Positions 14,498-44,485 are shown, numbered from the stretch's first letter. The stretch: DNA of 64,000 nt from the human T2T-CHM13v2.0 reference genome, Homo sapiens (GCF_009914755.1 NC_060943.1), one strand, 5' to 3'. Numbers and translations: made by a program. The notes: a model not told the origin generated them from the letters alone.

Positions 14498-15539
14498 TGA
14501 CAGCGAACGGGGCCTTGTGCCGCGCATCGTAGCACTGTGGACAGTGATGGACTCAGTCCCTGCTGTCCCGGCAGGATGACCCATGAGGGACCCCTTGTCT
14601 AGTCCTGAATGTGGCTCTTTCCTGTGAGGTCCTCCTGCCTGTGTGGTTCCACGTATCGTACAGATGAGGAAACTGAGACTAGGGGTCTCCTCCCTGGGCC
14701 CCAGGGCACCCTGGGGCTCGCGCCTGCCAGGAGGTTCCGCTGGTAACCACAAGCCACCATTGTTTTCCCCAAGGAGGTCAGTCCTGGGGCTGAGTCACTG
14801 GGTGGAGCAGCCCGTGGGGGCCCCCCACTTGGCCACCACCTCTGCCCAGCCCCGAGGCCTGGGTGCTCCCTCCAGGGCCCTGGTACGGGGACAGGCAGCA
14901 AGCTATCCTCCTGACTGTGGCCTTTGTTTTGCTCTGGGGCCGGGCAGGAGGAGGAGCAGGGCCTCTGCACCTGCCGCCTGTTCCCTCCACACCTACTGTG
15001 TGCGCCCCCGCCAACATGAACCACGTATGTCAGAAAAACTGAGGCCAAGGACAACTTCCCACTAGGGAGACACAGAAGCGAGGGGGGCGAGGGGCGGCGA
15101 TGGCGAGGTTTCCAGAGACAGACGCAGTAGGTGTGCAGGCCACAGCTGTCCGCAGAGAGACTGGGCTTGGATTAGGACTTCGGGGCCACCCTCCAGATTT
15201 CTGTTTCCATTTGTCCCTAAAGTGGGCACCTTTGACTTCTCCCAGGGTATGAACACACTCCCCCAACCCCCAGCGCCCTCCAGCAGGGGCGGAGAAGGGA
15301 GTGGCGGCCCAGCACTTATCACCCACGTCAGGCCCTGGGACAAACCTCGCTCCGGCGTCCACTGAGCACGGGCAGCTGGGGCGATCGGTGTCGCCTCCCA
15401 AAGTGGGGGCTTCCTGCTCGAGCTCAGACCTCCAGTGAGGGGCCTGATCCCAACACGACCAGATCAGGACCACCCCACAGAGCCCTGGGCTGGGACTCGG
15501 CCAGGGTAGGGCCCATTCCCTTATTCTCCACAACTTCGT

Positions 15540-15940
<401 letters not shown>

Positions 15941-18105
15941 CCATTCTTCCTGCCTTCTGGGAGGAGGCGTCTCCAGGCTTGCTGGTTGGACCTGGGCAGG
16001 GAAGCCTCCTGAGATTGGGAGTGCTAGGGGCTTATGATTGTTCTCCCCTAGCGGAGGGAGGAGATTCTGGTGTGAAATGGAGCAGTGGGGACACACTCCA
16101 GTTCCTGGGGTCTGATCACAAGGGTTCCTGACTCCTCGGGCACTTCCAGCTATGAGGACACCAAGGAAGGGAAGAGGCTTGTCGGTGATCAGACCCCTAC
16201 CCCTCCACCCAGACTTATGGGAGCCAGAGGGCCAGGAGAGCTGGGCAGGAGGCTCTGAGGTTGACGGGAATGGGAACACAGCCTCACACCTCCTGCTGTA
16301 GGGCATTCAGGGGAAGAAGGACCATCTCCCACAGGGAGTGGGTCCCCTGGGGCAGTGACTCTTGGGCTATGACCTCAAGATGCATGCGGTCGACAGGCAG
16401 AGAGCGGATACCATGCCAGGCAGGGGAAGCTGAGGGACAAAGGTACTGAGGTGGGAGGGGGTGTGGGGTGTTCAAGGAACGGGGCCTGTGAGGCTGGAGC
16501 CCAGAGAAGACCAGAGAAGAGGAGCCAAGATCAGAGAGAGGGGCAGGGCCTCCTATGCCACAGGGAGGAATTGGGTCTTCATGGTGAGAGGACTAGGGAA
16601 CCATGGTGGGAGTTTGAGCAAGAGACGGACGTGATCACAGGGACCATGAGTTGGGGTGGATCTGGGGTACATTTGGAGGATAACTGAGGGCTCTCCCAGG
16701 GGGTGGGTATGAGGGGTTAGCAGCCTGCCTACTAGGTGTGGGGTTAGGGACCTGGGCCTGTGAATGGTGGTATCGTTCTCTGAGTGGGGCCAGCGTGGGT
16801 CAAGGGAGAGGCGTGAAGGGGGAACAGGAGGCTCATGTCCCAGGGTGGTGTCCAGGCCCCATGAGACAAGGCGGGTCATGGCCAGGAGGGGCTGCGTGAG
16901 AGGGGGCACCAGTGAAGAAGGCACAGTCCCCAGTCGGGGGGAGCCCAGCTCTGGATGCAGCCTGGCCTCCCCGAGCCCTCCTTCTGTCCGAGCCCCCCAC
17001 GCAGCCCCTCTGCACCTGCCGGGTGCCCGTCCACCCCAGGGCCAGGGCCAACTGCCGAGGATGGTCCCACCCCCTCTTGGCCAGGCGCCCACAGCTCCTG
17101 ACTCAGGGGCCCCCGGGGGCCTGTCCTGCCACATTCCGGGGCCGCCCGTGCAAACACAGGGCGCCTGCCCATCACCCCCCATGGGGCATTGTTTGGCCCA
17201 GTTACCCCGAGGCGGGGGCAGGGCAGGGGACAGGGAGCCCAGCCAGATTCTCAGTTCCCGCCACCCATGCACCTGCCCACAGGCAGCCCTGCTGACCTGC
17301 ACCCGCCTTGACATGGGGGGACGGCGCCTCTGCAGTGTACCCTGGGCACAATGGGGGCATCTCCCTTCTTCCCGGGGGTCTTCACCTCCCCTGAACTTTG
17401 CTCAAGGCACAGAGGACGTCATCCCATTGTTCAGATGGGGAAACCGAGGCAGGACTCAAGTGGCCTCATGCCTGAAGCTGAGCCAGGCTCCCATCCCCGG
17501 CCCACCTGTCCTGTCCCCCACCGACCCCACCTCACCCCGCCAGGCTCCTTCACCTGCACCTGGTGCCTTCCAGAAACGGGGGAGGCCACTCCAGGCTGTC
17601 AGCCCTCTGGCACAAAGGCTGGGAGGTCAGAAGCCATCCAGGGACGCCTTGCCACGCTAAGAAGGTTGGGTTTCATTCGCGGGTTTGGAGGAGCCGAGGG
17701 GGCCACGTGGTCTCACTGGGGGTTGGGAAGGGCATCTGGGAGACCGAGGTGGAGGCCGGTGACGTGGCTGTGGAGTGGGATGCCCAAGGCAACAGGAGGG
17801 GTGGAAAGAGATGCCTGTTAGACGGGAAACTGGGGGGGCGCCCCTGGGGAAAGACGACAAGGATCCTAGGAGGGCGGGGAGCACAGGTGCCCCCAACCCC
17901 AAGGGGTGAGAACTAGACTCAGGAGGAGACTCAGGGCTTGGGGGCTGCAGGGATGGCTGCCTGGAGCTGAGCCTGCAAAGCTGGAACAGGGAGGAAGGGT
18001 AACTGAGCAGAGGGAACAGCAGAGGCAAAAGCTACGAGACGAGGAAATGCAAGTTGTTCCCTGGGTTTGGGCCGAGGGCCAGGGGGCGGGGGCGGGTGGC
18101 ACTGA

Positions 18106-19556
<1,451 letters not shown>

Positions 19557-19559
19557 GTT

Positions 19560-21470
<1,911 letters not shown>

Positions 21471-21542
21471 CCACAGAATATTTGGAAGGTGAGGCTGACA
21501 GGAGAGCTGCTGTCCTGGAGACATTGAATAAATACTGCCAGG

Positions 21543-23040
<1,498 letters not shown>

Positions 23041-23399
23041 CGCTTTTTAAAATTAAAGAATGTTTAGTTTTTCACCTCACCATAGATGCTGCATGACTGA
23101 GATTGCAGAACCACAGAACGGGCGTGGGTGGGCTTCCACCGGGGCACCCCCTCCTCCTGCAGGATCCGCACTGCCCGGGCATTTCCCTGGGGGTGGGGAG
23201 GCCTCTTGCTGTCCCAGGGTTCCCTGGGGGAAACCCCTGGTGTCCTGGGGAGGCCCCACCAGGTTGATCGTGAGCTTGAGCTCAGGGCAAGGAGCACTGC
23301 TCAGCGAGTCCACTGTGGTTGTGGTCACACGATGGTGTGAGCTCTCATCTGTCAAAGGAGTTTAACAAGAGCACCCACCAGGGTGAGTTCAATCTGTCC

Positions 23400-24720
<1,321 letters not shown>

Positions 24721-25031
24721 CAGGGCAGTCCTGCCCGGGAAGGAGCAGGTGCTCTCTGCTGCTGAGGCCCCTAGCAGAGGCTGGGCCTCTGGGTCTCCCA
24801 GCAGGTGGCAGGGGTGTGAGAAGGGGAGGCCCCTTTCCAGAGGCCAGGGACGGCCCCAAGGGCTGCCCGGGAGATACTGGGTCATGTGACCCCCCGGAGC
24901 CACCCCCTGAAGCTTGGTCTCAGGTTTTCTATTTGCTTCAGACTCTTGTTAGTCCCCCCCAGCTCCTGCTCCATCAGGCCTGGCCTCCTTATCACCCCGG
25001 CTGTCTGGGTGGGGGCATGGCCCCCTCGTAA

Positions 25032-26470
<1,439 letters not shown>

Positions 26471-27164
26471 CCTGAGCTTTATTTTGTCTCGGAGGACTCC
26501 ACTGCCCTCCATGTCCGGCCTCCCGAGCCCCCTCTGCCCACCTCCCTCCAGCTGCGCTGGCCACCTCCTCGCTGCTGCTTGGACACCGTTTTCTCCCTGT
26601 GACCTCAGGGTCTGTGCCCAGGATGTCCCTCGGCCGGGAGCCGTTCCTCCCCACTCTCAGGCCCCTTTGCCGGTGTATCATCAGTTTATCGTTCCTCCCA
26701 CTCTCAGGCCCCTGTTTCTCCCCCTTGCGCCTGTGGGGCTTGCCTGGCTCTGTAAGGGGAGCCCCGGGCCCAGCCTGGCCGCCCCACACCTCCAGCATCC
26801 ATCTGGGGCCTGACACACAGTAGGTGCTCCATAAATGCACAGGCTAAGTTGGGGGGTTCCCCATCTTACAGGTGAGGAAACTGAGGCTCCGAAGAGGGCG
26901 GCCTGACAGGCATCTGGGAGCCCCGGCCCAGGCGAAGGTATTTCCTCCTGGCCCAGGGCGCCGTGGGGTCCCGGGGCAGCTGGTGGGGCCGCCAAAGGGT
27001 GGCCGTGTGTGTGGCGGTGGCAGCTGGGGCTCTGGCAGTGGGGGAGGGTGGGCGGGAGGCAGCAGCTGGTGGCTGGCCCCAGGCCAGCTGGAGCCTGTGC
27101 AGAGGGAGGGCGCTGGGTCGGCTCACGCTGCCTCTGGGTCCCCTTCTGAGTCCCCCTCAGCCTT

Positions 27165-27680
27165 TCTCGGTTGGTCTCCATCTCTGTCTTTGTCTCTCTG
27201 TCTCTGTCTCTTTCTGTCTGTTTCTCTCTGTCTTCTTTCTCTGTGCTCTCTCTGTGTCAGCCTCCCTGTCTCTGTCTCTTTCTCTTCCCCATCTCTGTCT
27301 GTCTTTTTGTCTCTGTCTCTGTTTCTTTCTGTCTCTGCGTATCTCTTTCTGTCCCTCTGTCTCTGTCAGTCTCTCTGTGTCTGTGTGTGTCTCCATCTCT
27401 CTCTGTCTCCATCTCTCTCGTTGTCTCTCTGTTTCTCTTTATCTCTTTCTGTCTCTCTCTGCCTGTCTCTCTGCCTCTCTGTCTCTCTGTTTCTCTGCCT
27501 GTCTCTCTCTCTGCCTCTCTGTATCTCTATCTCTCTGTCTCTTTGTCTGTTTCTGTTCTTCTCTGTCTCCTTCTCTGCTTCTCTGTCTCCTTCTCTTTCT
27601 GTTCCTATCTCTTGTCTTTTTCTCTGTCTCTCTCTGCCTCTCTGTCTCCCTCTGTCTCTGCCTCTCTCTCCTTCCCCTTC
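27165..27680. repeat. TCTCTG-type low-complexity pyrimidine tract
   Basis: About 500 bp of CT/TCTG units. Confidence 0.95.
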
Positions 27681-28071
27681 ACACTGGGGACTCCCCTGAC
27701 TGGCCCGGACAGGGGCTGGTTACACTGCTGCACCCTCTCTTCCAGACCTCCCGCTCCACCCCACTCCCTGCTGCCTGCACCCCTGCGTCAGCCAGCACCT
27801 CTGTGCTGGCATGAAGGTCTCTACCCACCGGGAGGAGCCCAGGACCCTCTCACGGGCTGGGGACCCTGTGCGCATCGCTCCCCCTGTGAGCCTGCATTTC
27901 CCCACATGCAGGGTGTTTGCAGAGCCCTCTCAGAGCGGTGCTCTGGGGAACCACAGGGCAGAGGTCTCAGCCCGTCGGGGCTCCCAGCCAGATGGGGAAG
28001 GAGAATTTCGAAGGAATCGCCTTACAGGCATTTGAAACTCTGCAGGCAGAGGCCAGGGGAATCCCGGGTGG

Positions 28072-28155
28072 AGGAGCAGGCAGGGTGAGGGCCCTGAGAG
28101 TCCCTCCCCGGGTTAGGAGCAGGCAGGGTGAGGGCCCTGAGAGTCCCTCCCCGGG
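28072..28155. repeat. Tandem duplication, 43-bp period, 2 copies
   Basis: aggagcaggcagggtgagggccctgagagtccctccccggg at 28072-28112 and 28115-28155. Confidence 0.95.
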
Positions 28156-28395
28156 CCACCCCCAGCCACACTCCCCCGTCACACAGGGAACCTGGCCCAG
28201 TTGCCCGTACCCACTGGTCCTGGGGAGGGCAGCTGGGAGGGGCTGTGTGTGCACTAGGGGGGCGGAGCTGGGACTCCCCCCAAGGACCCTCCCTTCCGGG
28301 ATCTACACCCCTGATCCCCCCTCGCCAGCACATCCACCCACCACCCTCGCAGACAATAGAATTCATCACTGTAGAAACATCCTCTGGGGCTGGGG

Positions 28396-28475
28396 CTTAA
28401 TCAGTTCCTGATTTGCATTTTTGCATATTAATGACAGCAGAGCTGCTAATTTTGGCACATGATTTTAAAGGTGCA
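28396..28475. promoter_or_regulatory. Candidate enhancer module with octamer ATTTGCAT
   Basis: AT-rich island in GC-rich context: TTCCTG, ATTTGCAT (28411-28418), TTTTGCAT, TAATGACAG, TTGGCA. Confidence 0.5.
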
Positions 28476-28502
28476 GTAGCTCTGAAACTACGGAGGCGGT
28501 GA

Positions 28503-30635
<2,133 letters not shown>

Positions 30636-31311
30636 CTTTGCCACTCTTGCATTTGGGCATCAACGCTGGCATTGGCCAGGGGAACTGGGATTCTGGAATT
30701 TTCTCCAATTGGCTCCATCCTGAGAATCCCATATTTGGAAAGCTGTGAATTCAAGTTCCGAGTATCTTAAAACCTTTGGATTTTACCCATCGAGGCTGAG
30801 GATAGTAAGAATATTTACCGGCCAAGAATATCACTTTAAAAAAAAATCAAAACAAACCTTTGTATTCTCTGTCCTAGGTAGACCCTAAATCCTGCCCTTG
30901 TCCTCACCTCCTGCGCTCAGATCGGAAACCTGGGACCTTTGCCTCCAAACCCCACCCCACAATCCCGCCCAGGCTCAGGACTCAGTTCCCTTCGCCCCCA
31001 CCGCGCCCTCCCCCGGCCCTCTGCACCTGCCGCGTCCCGTACCCGGCCTGCTCTTCTTCACCATTGGTGCCTTTTTGCCTTTTCCTTCAACCCCACCTCC
31101 CCAGGGAAGCCCTCCTGGTGACTTCACCACGCCTGTGTGTTCAGTTATTCTCCCTCTCCCTGGGAGGTGGGGAAACCGAGGCATAGAGCGGCGAGGCTGG
31201 TGCTCACGGCCCCCCGGGGTCCTCCCCAGACCCCTCCCCTCCCTGTGGTCCGGGGGTGCATGGGGTGGGGCGCGGGGGCCTCGCTGGTCCTGGGGTTCAG
31301 TCGGGCGCGCG

Positions 31312-31330
31312 TGCTGCCACCTGGTGGCCA
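31312..31330 (-). promoter_or_regulatory. CTCF motif
   Basis: Minus strand TGGCCACCAGGTGGCAGCA, a close match to the CTCF core consensus, in a small CpG-rich island (~31180-31760). Confidence 0.8.
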
Positions 31331-31594
31331 ATGGGGCAAGGCCGCGGGTCCTCCCCGGGCGTCGGGGCCCCCACCCCACGGAGCCCACCCTGCGCTGGGG
31401 GAGGTGGGCTCAGGAAAGCCGCGGCCCCCGCTCGGGACGCCAGGGGTGGGGGACACGGAGCTTCGCCAGACTCCCCCAAACTCGGGCGCGTCATGGGAAG
31501 AATGGAGGGAGCTGGATGATGGGGGTCCTGCGGGCTGCCTTCCCTGGGTCTTCTGGTGTTGTCCCCGTCCCGTCCCCTTCTTACCCCTGCGTGA

Positions 31595-32510
<916 letters not shown>

Positions 32511-33481
32511 CACAGCCACAGCCCATGCTGGCGTCCCTGAGTGCAATGGCCCCTTATGGACTGGGTCCTACAGGACACCCCTGAGTCAGGCCCCACATAC
32601 CCCAGGGCCCTCCCACAGCTCCACTGCCCCAAACCCCCTGGCCCTGTGAGCCGATCCCTGCAGCCAAAGGGTCCAGGTCGCCCCCAGTCGGCCTCTCCCT
32701 GGTCTGCCCCAACCCCCAGCTCTCCACTCGATCTCCCCCACTTCAGTGGCTGCAGCCTCCTGCACCCGCACCCTCTTCCTGCTGTGGTGGCTTCTGGGTC
32801 CGGTCCCCAGTCAGCCCCAGCTGCTGCCTGTGCCCCCAAGAGATGCAGAGCTCTTAGGAGGCAGGGCCGTGTCTGGGGTCCACGGCTGCACCCTGATCTC
32901 TGGTATCCAGCCGGCACGCGGTAACCAGGTCAGAAGCCTAACCGTCCTTCAGCCGTGCCCAGCAGCTCCCGTCACTATGGGAAATCCATGCTCAGCTCCC
33001 ACAAACCCAGCAGTCACCAGCTGGCCTCAGCCAGAGGTTCCCCTGTCACAGAGCCTGCCAAGCAGAGACCCTCCTGACACTCACTCACCCCTTCCTCTCC
33101 AGTGGTGGGGCTGGATGAGCGGGCCGCCTCCCTCCTCTTTACCGTTCCCTCTCCACCTGGCAAACTCCTATTCATCCTGTGGGGCCCTGGAACATGGGCC
33201 CCACTTCTAGGATACCTACCCCAGTCCTGGGGGTGAATGGACCAGAAGCTACCTTGGAGAGCAGACCAGGTGCCAGCTCCCAGGCTCCCAGCCCTCCTGG
33301 GTGAACTTGGGTGGTGGCAGCTGCGTCTCATTTCCAAGCCAAGCCTGTAGACAGGAGCCCAATGGCGGTTAGTCAATGGCAGACCGCCAGGGAGGGGTGA
33401 ATGCTGGTTCCCAGGCTGTGTCAACATAGCCAACCAGCTGCCCAGGAGGCTCTGATGTGAGGACCGTACCCACTGCTGGTG

Positions 33482-33600
33482 CCTCCCTCCCTCCCTCCCT
33501 CCCTCCCTCTCTGTCTCTCCCTCCCCTCTGTCCCTCCCTCCCCTCTGTCCCTCCCTCCCTTCCTTCATCCCTCCCTCCCTCTGTCCCTCTGTCACTCCCT
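33482..33600. repeat. (CCCT)n-rich tract
   Basis: Directly visible. Confidence 0.9.
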
Positions 33601-34132
33601 GGCCCTGGCCACCCACACAGCCCCCAAGGGCCATCTCCTTGGCAACAGTGGCCACAAGGTCGTCTGCTGGATCAATCTCCTCTCACCCCTGCAGCCCCGA
33701 CCCCGGACCCGGAAGGTGACAAGGAAGTGGGGTCAGGCCTGGCTTCCCGGGAGGGACCCAGTGTGTGTAGGACAGGGGGGGTCCTTTGGCTGGAGCAGGG
33801 GTGGCAGGACTCAGATAGGGTGAGCCGGTCCCTGTTGAGAGGGTCAGCAGGGCCAAAGGTCCGGCGAGCCCTGGGCCACACACTGCGTGTGACCCTCCCT
33901 GGGCCTCAGTTTCCCTTGAGGCACAGCCTCTCTGATGTCTGGACTCCGGGTCCAGTCCAGGACAGTCCTTTGGAGAACCCAGTGCGTGGGAGACACAGTC
34001 CCTGGGCTGACGGTGAGAAAGGACAACGCTGCCCTCATCCCAATTTACACGCCCCGAAGACACTGGCCTCAGGCCGCTGGGCCAGGCAGTGGTCAGGGCT
34101 GGGGACCAACCAGAAAAGAAGTCACTATTACT

Positions 34133-34982
<850 letters not shown>

Positions 34983-35029
34983 TCAGAGAGGTCAGGCTGC
35001 CTGCCTAGGGCCACACAGCCTGGAGGTGG

Positions 35030-35545
35030 GGGCCGGCCGGGGGGCGCAGACGCGCAAAGCCTGTCCCCACCTCACGGCCCCCTCCCCGCCGGCCCGGGCG
35101 GGGCTGCTGGCCCTTTAAGAGCCTCGTTTTGGCGCCGCCTCGGGGTTATCGATCGCAGCCTTGGAAACGCGATTAGATTATCCCGGCTGGGAACGGCAGC
35201 CTGGCGGGGGCCGCGCGGGGGAAGCGCGCCGCTTCTTGTAAACGGTTCCCCGAAGGGCGCTGGGCCAGGGGCCTGGGAGGGGGCTCGTTCCCGGTGGGGG
35301 GGGCGTCCCGGTGCGGCGCGGCCCAGCGCTCCCGGGAACGGGGGATGGGTAACTGGGGCCCCCATTTTGTGTTTTGGGTTTGGAAATTGAGGCGCAGAGA
35401 GGGGTGCGCCTTTCTGCGAGGCCGCATACCCAGGAAGACGGGTTTATTTGTTCAGCTGCATTTATTGAGCGCCTAGTGTGTGCCGCGCATGCGCGGGGCC
35501 TATTAATCCGATTAGCGTTTCGCATAAAAATAGAGTCGCGGATGA
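35030..35545. promoter_or_regulatory. Orphan CpG island / candidate enhancer or promoter
   Basis: CpG-dense unique sequence with TTATCGATCG, GATTAGATTA, an NRF1-type palindrome CCGCGCATGCGCGG (35483-35496) and TAATCCGATTA (35504-35514). Confidence 0.65.
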
Positions 35546-36541
35546 TGATGATGGTGATAATGAATATCCGTGCTCCTGACTCGCTCCTGCCGTGCCACCA
35601 AGCCTTTATGTGCGTTGTCTCTGATCCTCACCCCAACACTTAGAGTGGCAGAGGCCCTGGTCCCATTATACAGATGGGGAAACTGAGGCCGGAGCTCAAA
35701 CAAGCCAGAGGGGCCGAACCGGGACAGGCGGGCCCCCGGCTCGCTCCTGGGAGCCTCCCTAGTAGGGTCACCGTAGAAGGAAGGGAAGGGATGGGTTGTG
35801 GGGGGAGTTGGGGACCAGCCCCTCCATCCACTGTGACCCCTTCTGCATCCGCCAAGGCCTCTGGTAGGTGCCTGAGCTGAAGCAGATGAACCCTTGAGTG
35901 TGGGAGGAAAGGATGGGCCAGCGGATGGGTGGGGGCAGGAGGAGGCCCTTCCACCACCAACTTCTGACGCCTCAGCAGAAAGGCCCCGGGCCCATGAGCT
36001 TGAGTCGGGGGCTGGTGGGCAGTGGACAGGACCAGCTTCCCTTCCACTCCGCGGTCGTTTGCTCCCACATGTGACCCCATGCCCACGGGGGGCTGGAGGG
36101 TGGGCAAGCACGCATTCGTTGAACACCTGCTGTGTGCCAGGCCCTGAACCGTCCCCCTGCCAATTGTGGCACAGTAGGAGCTGGTTCCAATGCCCACCCA
36201 CATTCACCCTGATGCACCCCCAGAGACCCAGTCCAGTGGTCCCACAGTCAACGTTTGTTGATTGACCAAATGACAGTATTTTGCAATAGCAGTAAATACA
36301 AACCACTTAGACTGGACTTCACTTGGGTCTCAATGACCCTTCCTGCCCCATCGTCCCTGAAAACCTCTATCCTTCCATCGTTCCTAACATTATGGAGCAC
36401 CGACTGTATGCCCCAACTACCTTCTTCATCCTCTCAGCAGCCTGTGAGGCAGGAAATATGACTGGCCTAGTCTACAGAGGGGGAAACTGAGGATCTGGGG
36501 GGTGGAGGGCCTTGTCTGAGGCCGCAGAGCCCAGAAGATGA

Positions 36542-36891
<350 letters not shown>

Positions 36892-37317
36892 TAGGTTGTT
36901 TCCTAGGAAAGGGGCCGGGGCTTGTACTTCTGAGGCTCTGAATGGGAGGAAACCGAGGCACAGAGCTTTCATGAGGAGACAGGAGGCCAAGACTCACCCT
37001 CCAGGTTGCAGGCAGAAGGAGGGGATGTGGCTGGCTTGAGCTACAACCACACGGTACCACCTGGGACCTCTTCAGTAGGGACCAGCTGGGCGAGGACCCC
37101 GCCATGGTGGGGAGGACAGGAGAGGAGGGAGCTCAGGAGAGGAATGTCAGGGAGGTCACACTTAGGGGTCGAGGCAGGTGATTCCTTCTGCTGGAGAGGG
37201 TTGCCAGGGTGTCTCAGCCTCTGGGCAGGGCCAGAGCAGGGATGGGGGGCCCACCCGTGTCCCCCCAGAGTCTCCCCTGCAGCCCCCCAATGCCGGACAT
37301 CCAGAAGGGCGAGCCTG

Positions 37318-37960
37318 TGTCTCTCTCCTCTGTCTCTCTCCTTCTCTCTCTCTTCATCTCTCTTTTTCCATCTCTGCCACTGTCTCCCTCTCTATCTCTC
37401 TCTTTCCTTCTCTCCATCTCCATCTCTTTCTGTCTCTCTCCATGTCTCTGTCTCTTACTCTTTCTTAATCTTTGCCTCTTTCTCTCCATCACTGTCTCCA
37501 TCTCTGTCTCTCTCTGTCTCTATTCCATCTCTGCCACTGTCTCTCCCTCTCTCCCTTTTTGTCTCTCTCCATCTTCATCTCTCTCCATCTCTGTCTCTCT
37601 GTCTCTCTCTCTCCCTTTGTGTCTCTCTCTCCATCTTCACCTCTCTCCATCTCTGTCTCTCTGTCTCTCTCTCCCTTTGTGTCTCTCTCTCCATCTTCAC
37701 CTCTCTCCATCTCTGTCTCTCTGTGTCTCTCTCTTCCATCTCTGCCACTGTCTCTGTCTCCCTCTCCCTTTGTGTCTCTCTCTTTCCATCTTTTCTGTCT
37801 CCCTATCTCCATGTCTCTGTCTCTTACTCTTTCTTCATCTCTATCTCTTCGACCCTCTCTCCTCGTCCCCCAGTCCCTCTCTCTGTCTCTGTCTCTCTCT
37901 TTGTCTCTCCATCTCTCTCCATGCTCCTATCTCTGTCTCTGGCCCTCTCCTCCCCCTGAC
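37318..37960. repeat. CT-rich tract with an internal ~60-bp tandem repeat
   Basis: Units starting near 37561, 37621 and 37681 are nearly identical. Confidence 0.93.
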
Positions 37961-38852
37961 TCCGGAGCCACATCTCTCCCCTTCCCAGCTCCCTGGCCCC
38001 CTCCCCACCCGCCTCAGGAGCCCTCAGCTGTGGTCTCTCCAAGTGCCCCCACTCCTGCCGGGAAGGGCCTCATGGGGCCCTGGTGGGCCTTGGTGCTGGA
38101 CAGGTAGAGACTTGAGAAGCTCCTGGGTGCCCCAGCTCCACCCTGTCCCCTGACCCGAGCAGGCCGCATGGCCTTGGCCAGCCGCTGCCCTCTCTGAGCC
38201 CTGCCCTGCCCTTGAAATCTGGGAGGGTCGGTGTCTGGCTTGGTCCCCCCAGCCTAGGACTTCATAAAAGCCCAGCACCCATCGAAGGTGGACACCCTAG
38301 AGCTGGGAGAAGAGAATAAATGAGCCAACCAGGACCAGCCCCTCAGGCCTCACCTCACTTCTGCCAGATCCCCGCAGAGACCCCCCATCTTCTGGGGAAA
38401 CTGAGGCACAGGCAGGGTACAGGTGCCGGAGGAGGGCTAAAGGCGGCTAAAGGCTCCCGCGCCCGGGCGTCCCTCTCGTTGTCTGCAGGGTGTGGAGATG
38501 CCTCAGGCCAGGGGCTGGGGCTGGGACCACCTCCCCCATGGCATCCCCCCAGGTGCTCCCATGCTGGTTCCTGGCCCTCTTTCCAGCCTTGATGAAGGCA
38601 GGGGCAGGAAGGGGCTCGGCCTGCACGTCCCTGCCAGGAGCATCGTCATGAGCGTGAAGGGGGCAGGCGCCTGGTCAGGGTCACTTCCCGCTGGACAGAT
38701 GGGGAAACTGAGGCCGGGGTCTGTAGGAGGCTTTGGTCCTATCCACTCCTCAACGCACTTCCCTAAAGCCAACTCCATGCCCGACCCAGCAGTGATCCGG
38801 CCAGGTCCTGTCCTGCCCTCCCAGGCTTCAGGGCAAAGAAGGAGGTTCATTC

Positions 38853-43790
<4,938 letters not shown>

Positions 43791-44279
43791 AAAGTTCCAG
43801 TTAGGGATTCTGATCTGGGGAGGGCACTGGGGAGCCACGCAGGGTCTCAAGCAGGGGGAGGGATGTGTCCCAACTGGCCTTCAAGAGTGATCGCTGCACT
43901 CTGAGTACAAGTGGGAGCATTCGAAGTTCCATTAGCAAGCTCCGGTTTGGCAAGCATGGATTGAGCACCTACTGTGTGCCCGTCTTTGGCCTCAGCCTTA
44001 GAGGCCAGATCACACGAAGGCTTGTGGGCACGCAGTTGGGGGCCAGCCCCACAGGCGAGTCCAGGCTTTCAAATCAGGAATCCCCCTGCCCTGTCTGCAC
44101 TGGTGGAAACTGCTGAAGCCGTCAGGAGCTGGGAGCCGGCTCTTGGTGGCTTGATAGTGTGCGATGGGCCAGTGTAGGCTCCATCCCAGGCTGGACACCG
44201 GTCAGTCCCCAGAGGAAGTATCGCCGAGTCTGGGGGTGGCCCTGGCGCACGTGCAGAACCTCTCAGCCACTCTGATGGT

Positions 44280-44485
44280 GCTTAAGGCAGGCGGTCAGGG
44301 TATTCAAGTTAACTTCCTCTTAAACAGACTTAATTAGTGTTCTCCAGTCCCACATAAATTAATCGTGGCCGGCCACGGAGGCTGAAACACCCGATCGATG
44401 GGGTGGCTCGGCGACGGCCAGGAATTCTCCGTCTCATCCGTCACCACAGCACCGGCTGATAACGGCTCACGGCTTTATCTTCTCC
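44280..44485. promoter_or_regulatory. Candidate conserved non-coding element
   Basis: CTTAATTAG, ATAAATTAATCG, CGATCGATG (44392-44400), TGATAA and TTTATCT, with retained CpGs. Confidence 0.45.

Noticed and set aside
26872-28088. Leu/Ser/Cys-rich ORFs of 275-305 aa (also 37006-38153 and 59877-60589)
   Set aside because: TCTCTG low-complexity artefacts.
37561-37740. Regularly spaced repeats considered as a CRISPR-like array
   Set aside because: Eukaryotic simple-sequence tandem with no unique spacers.
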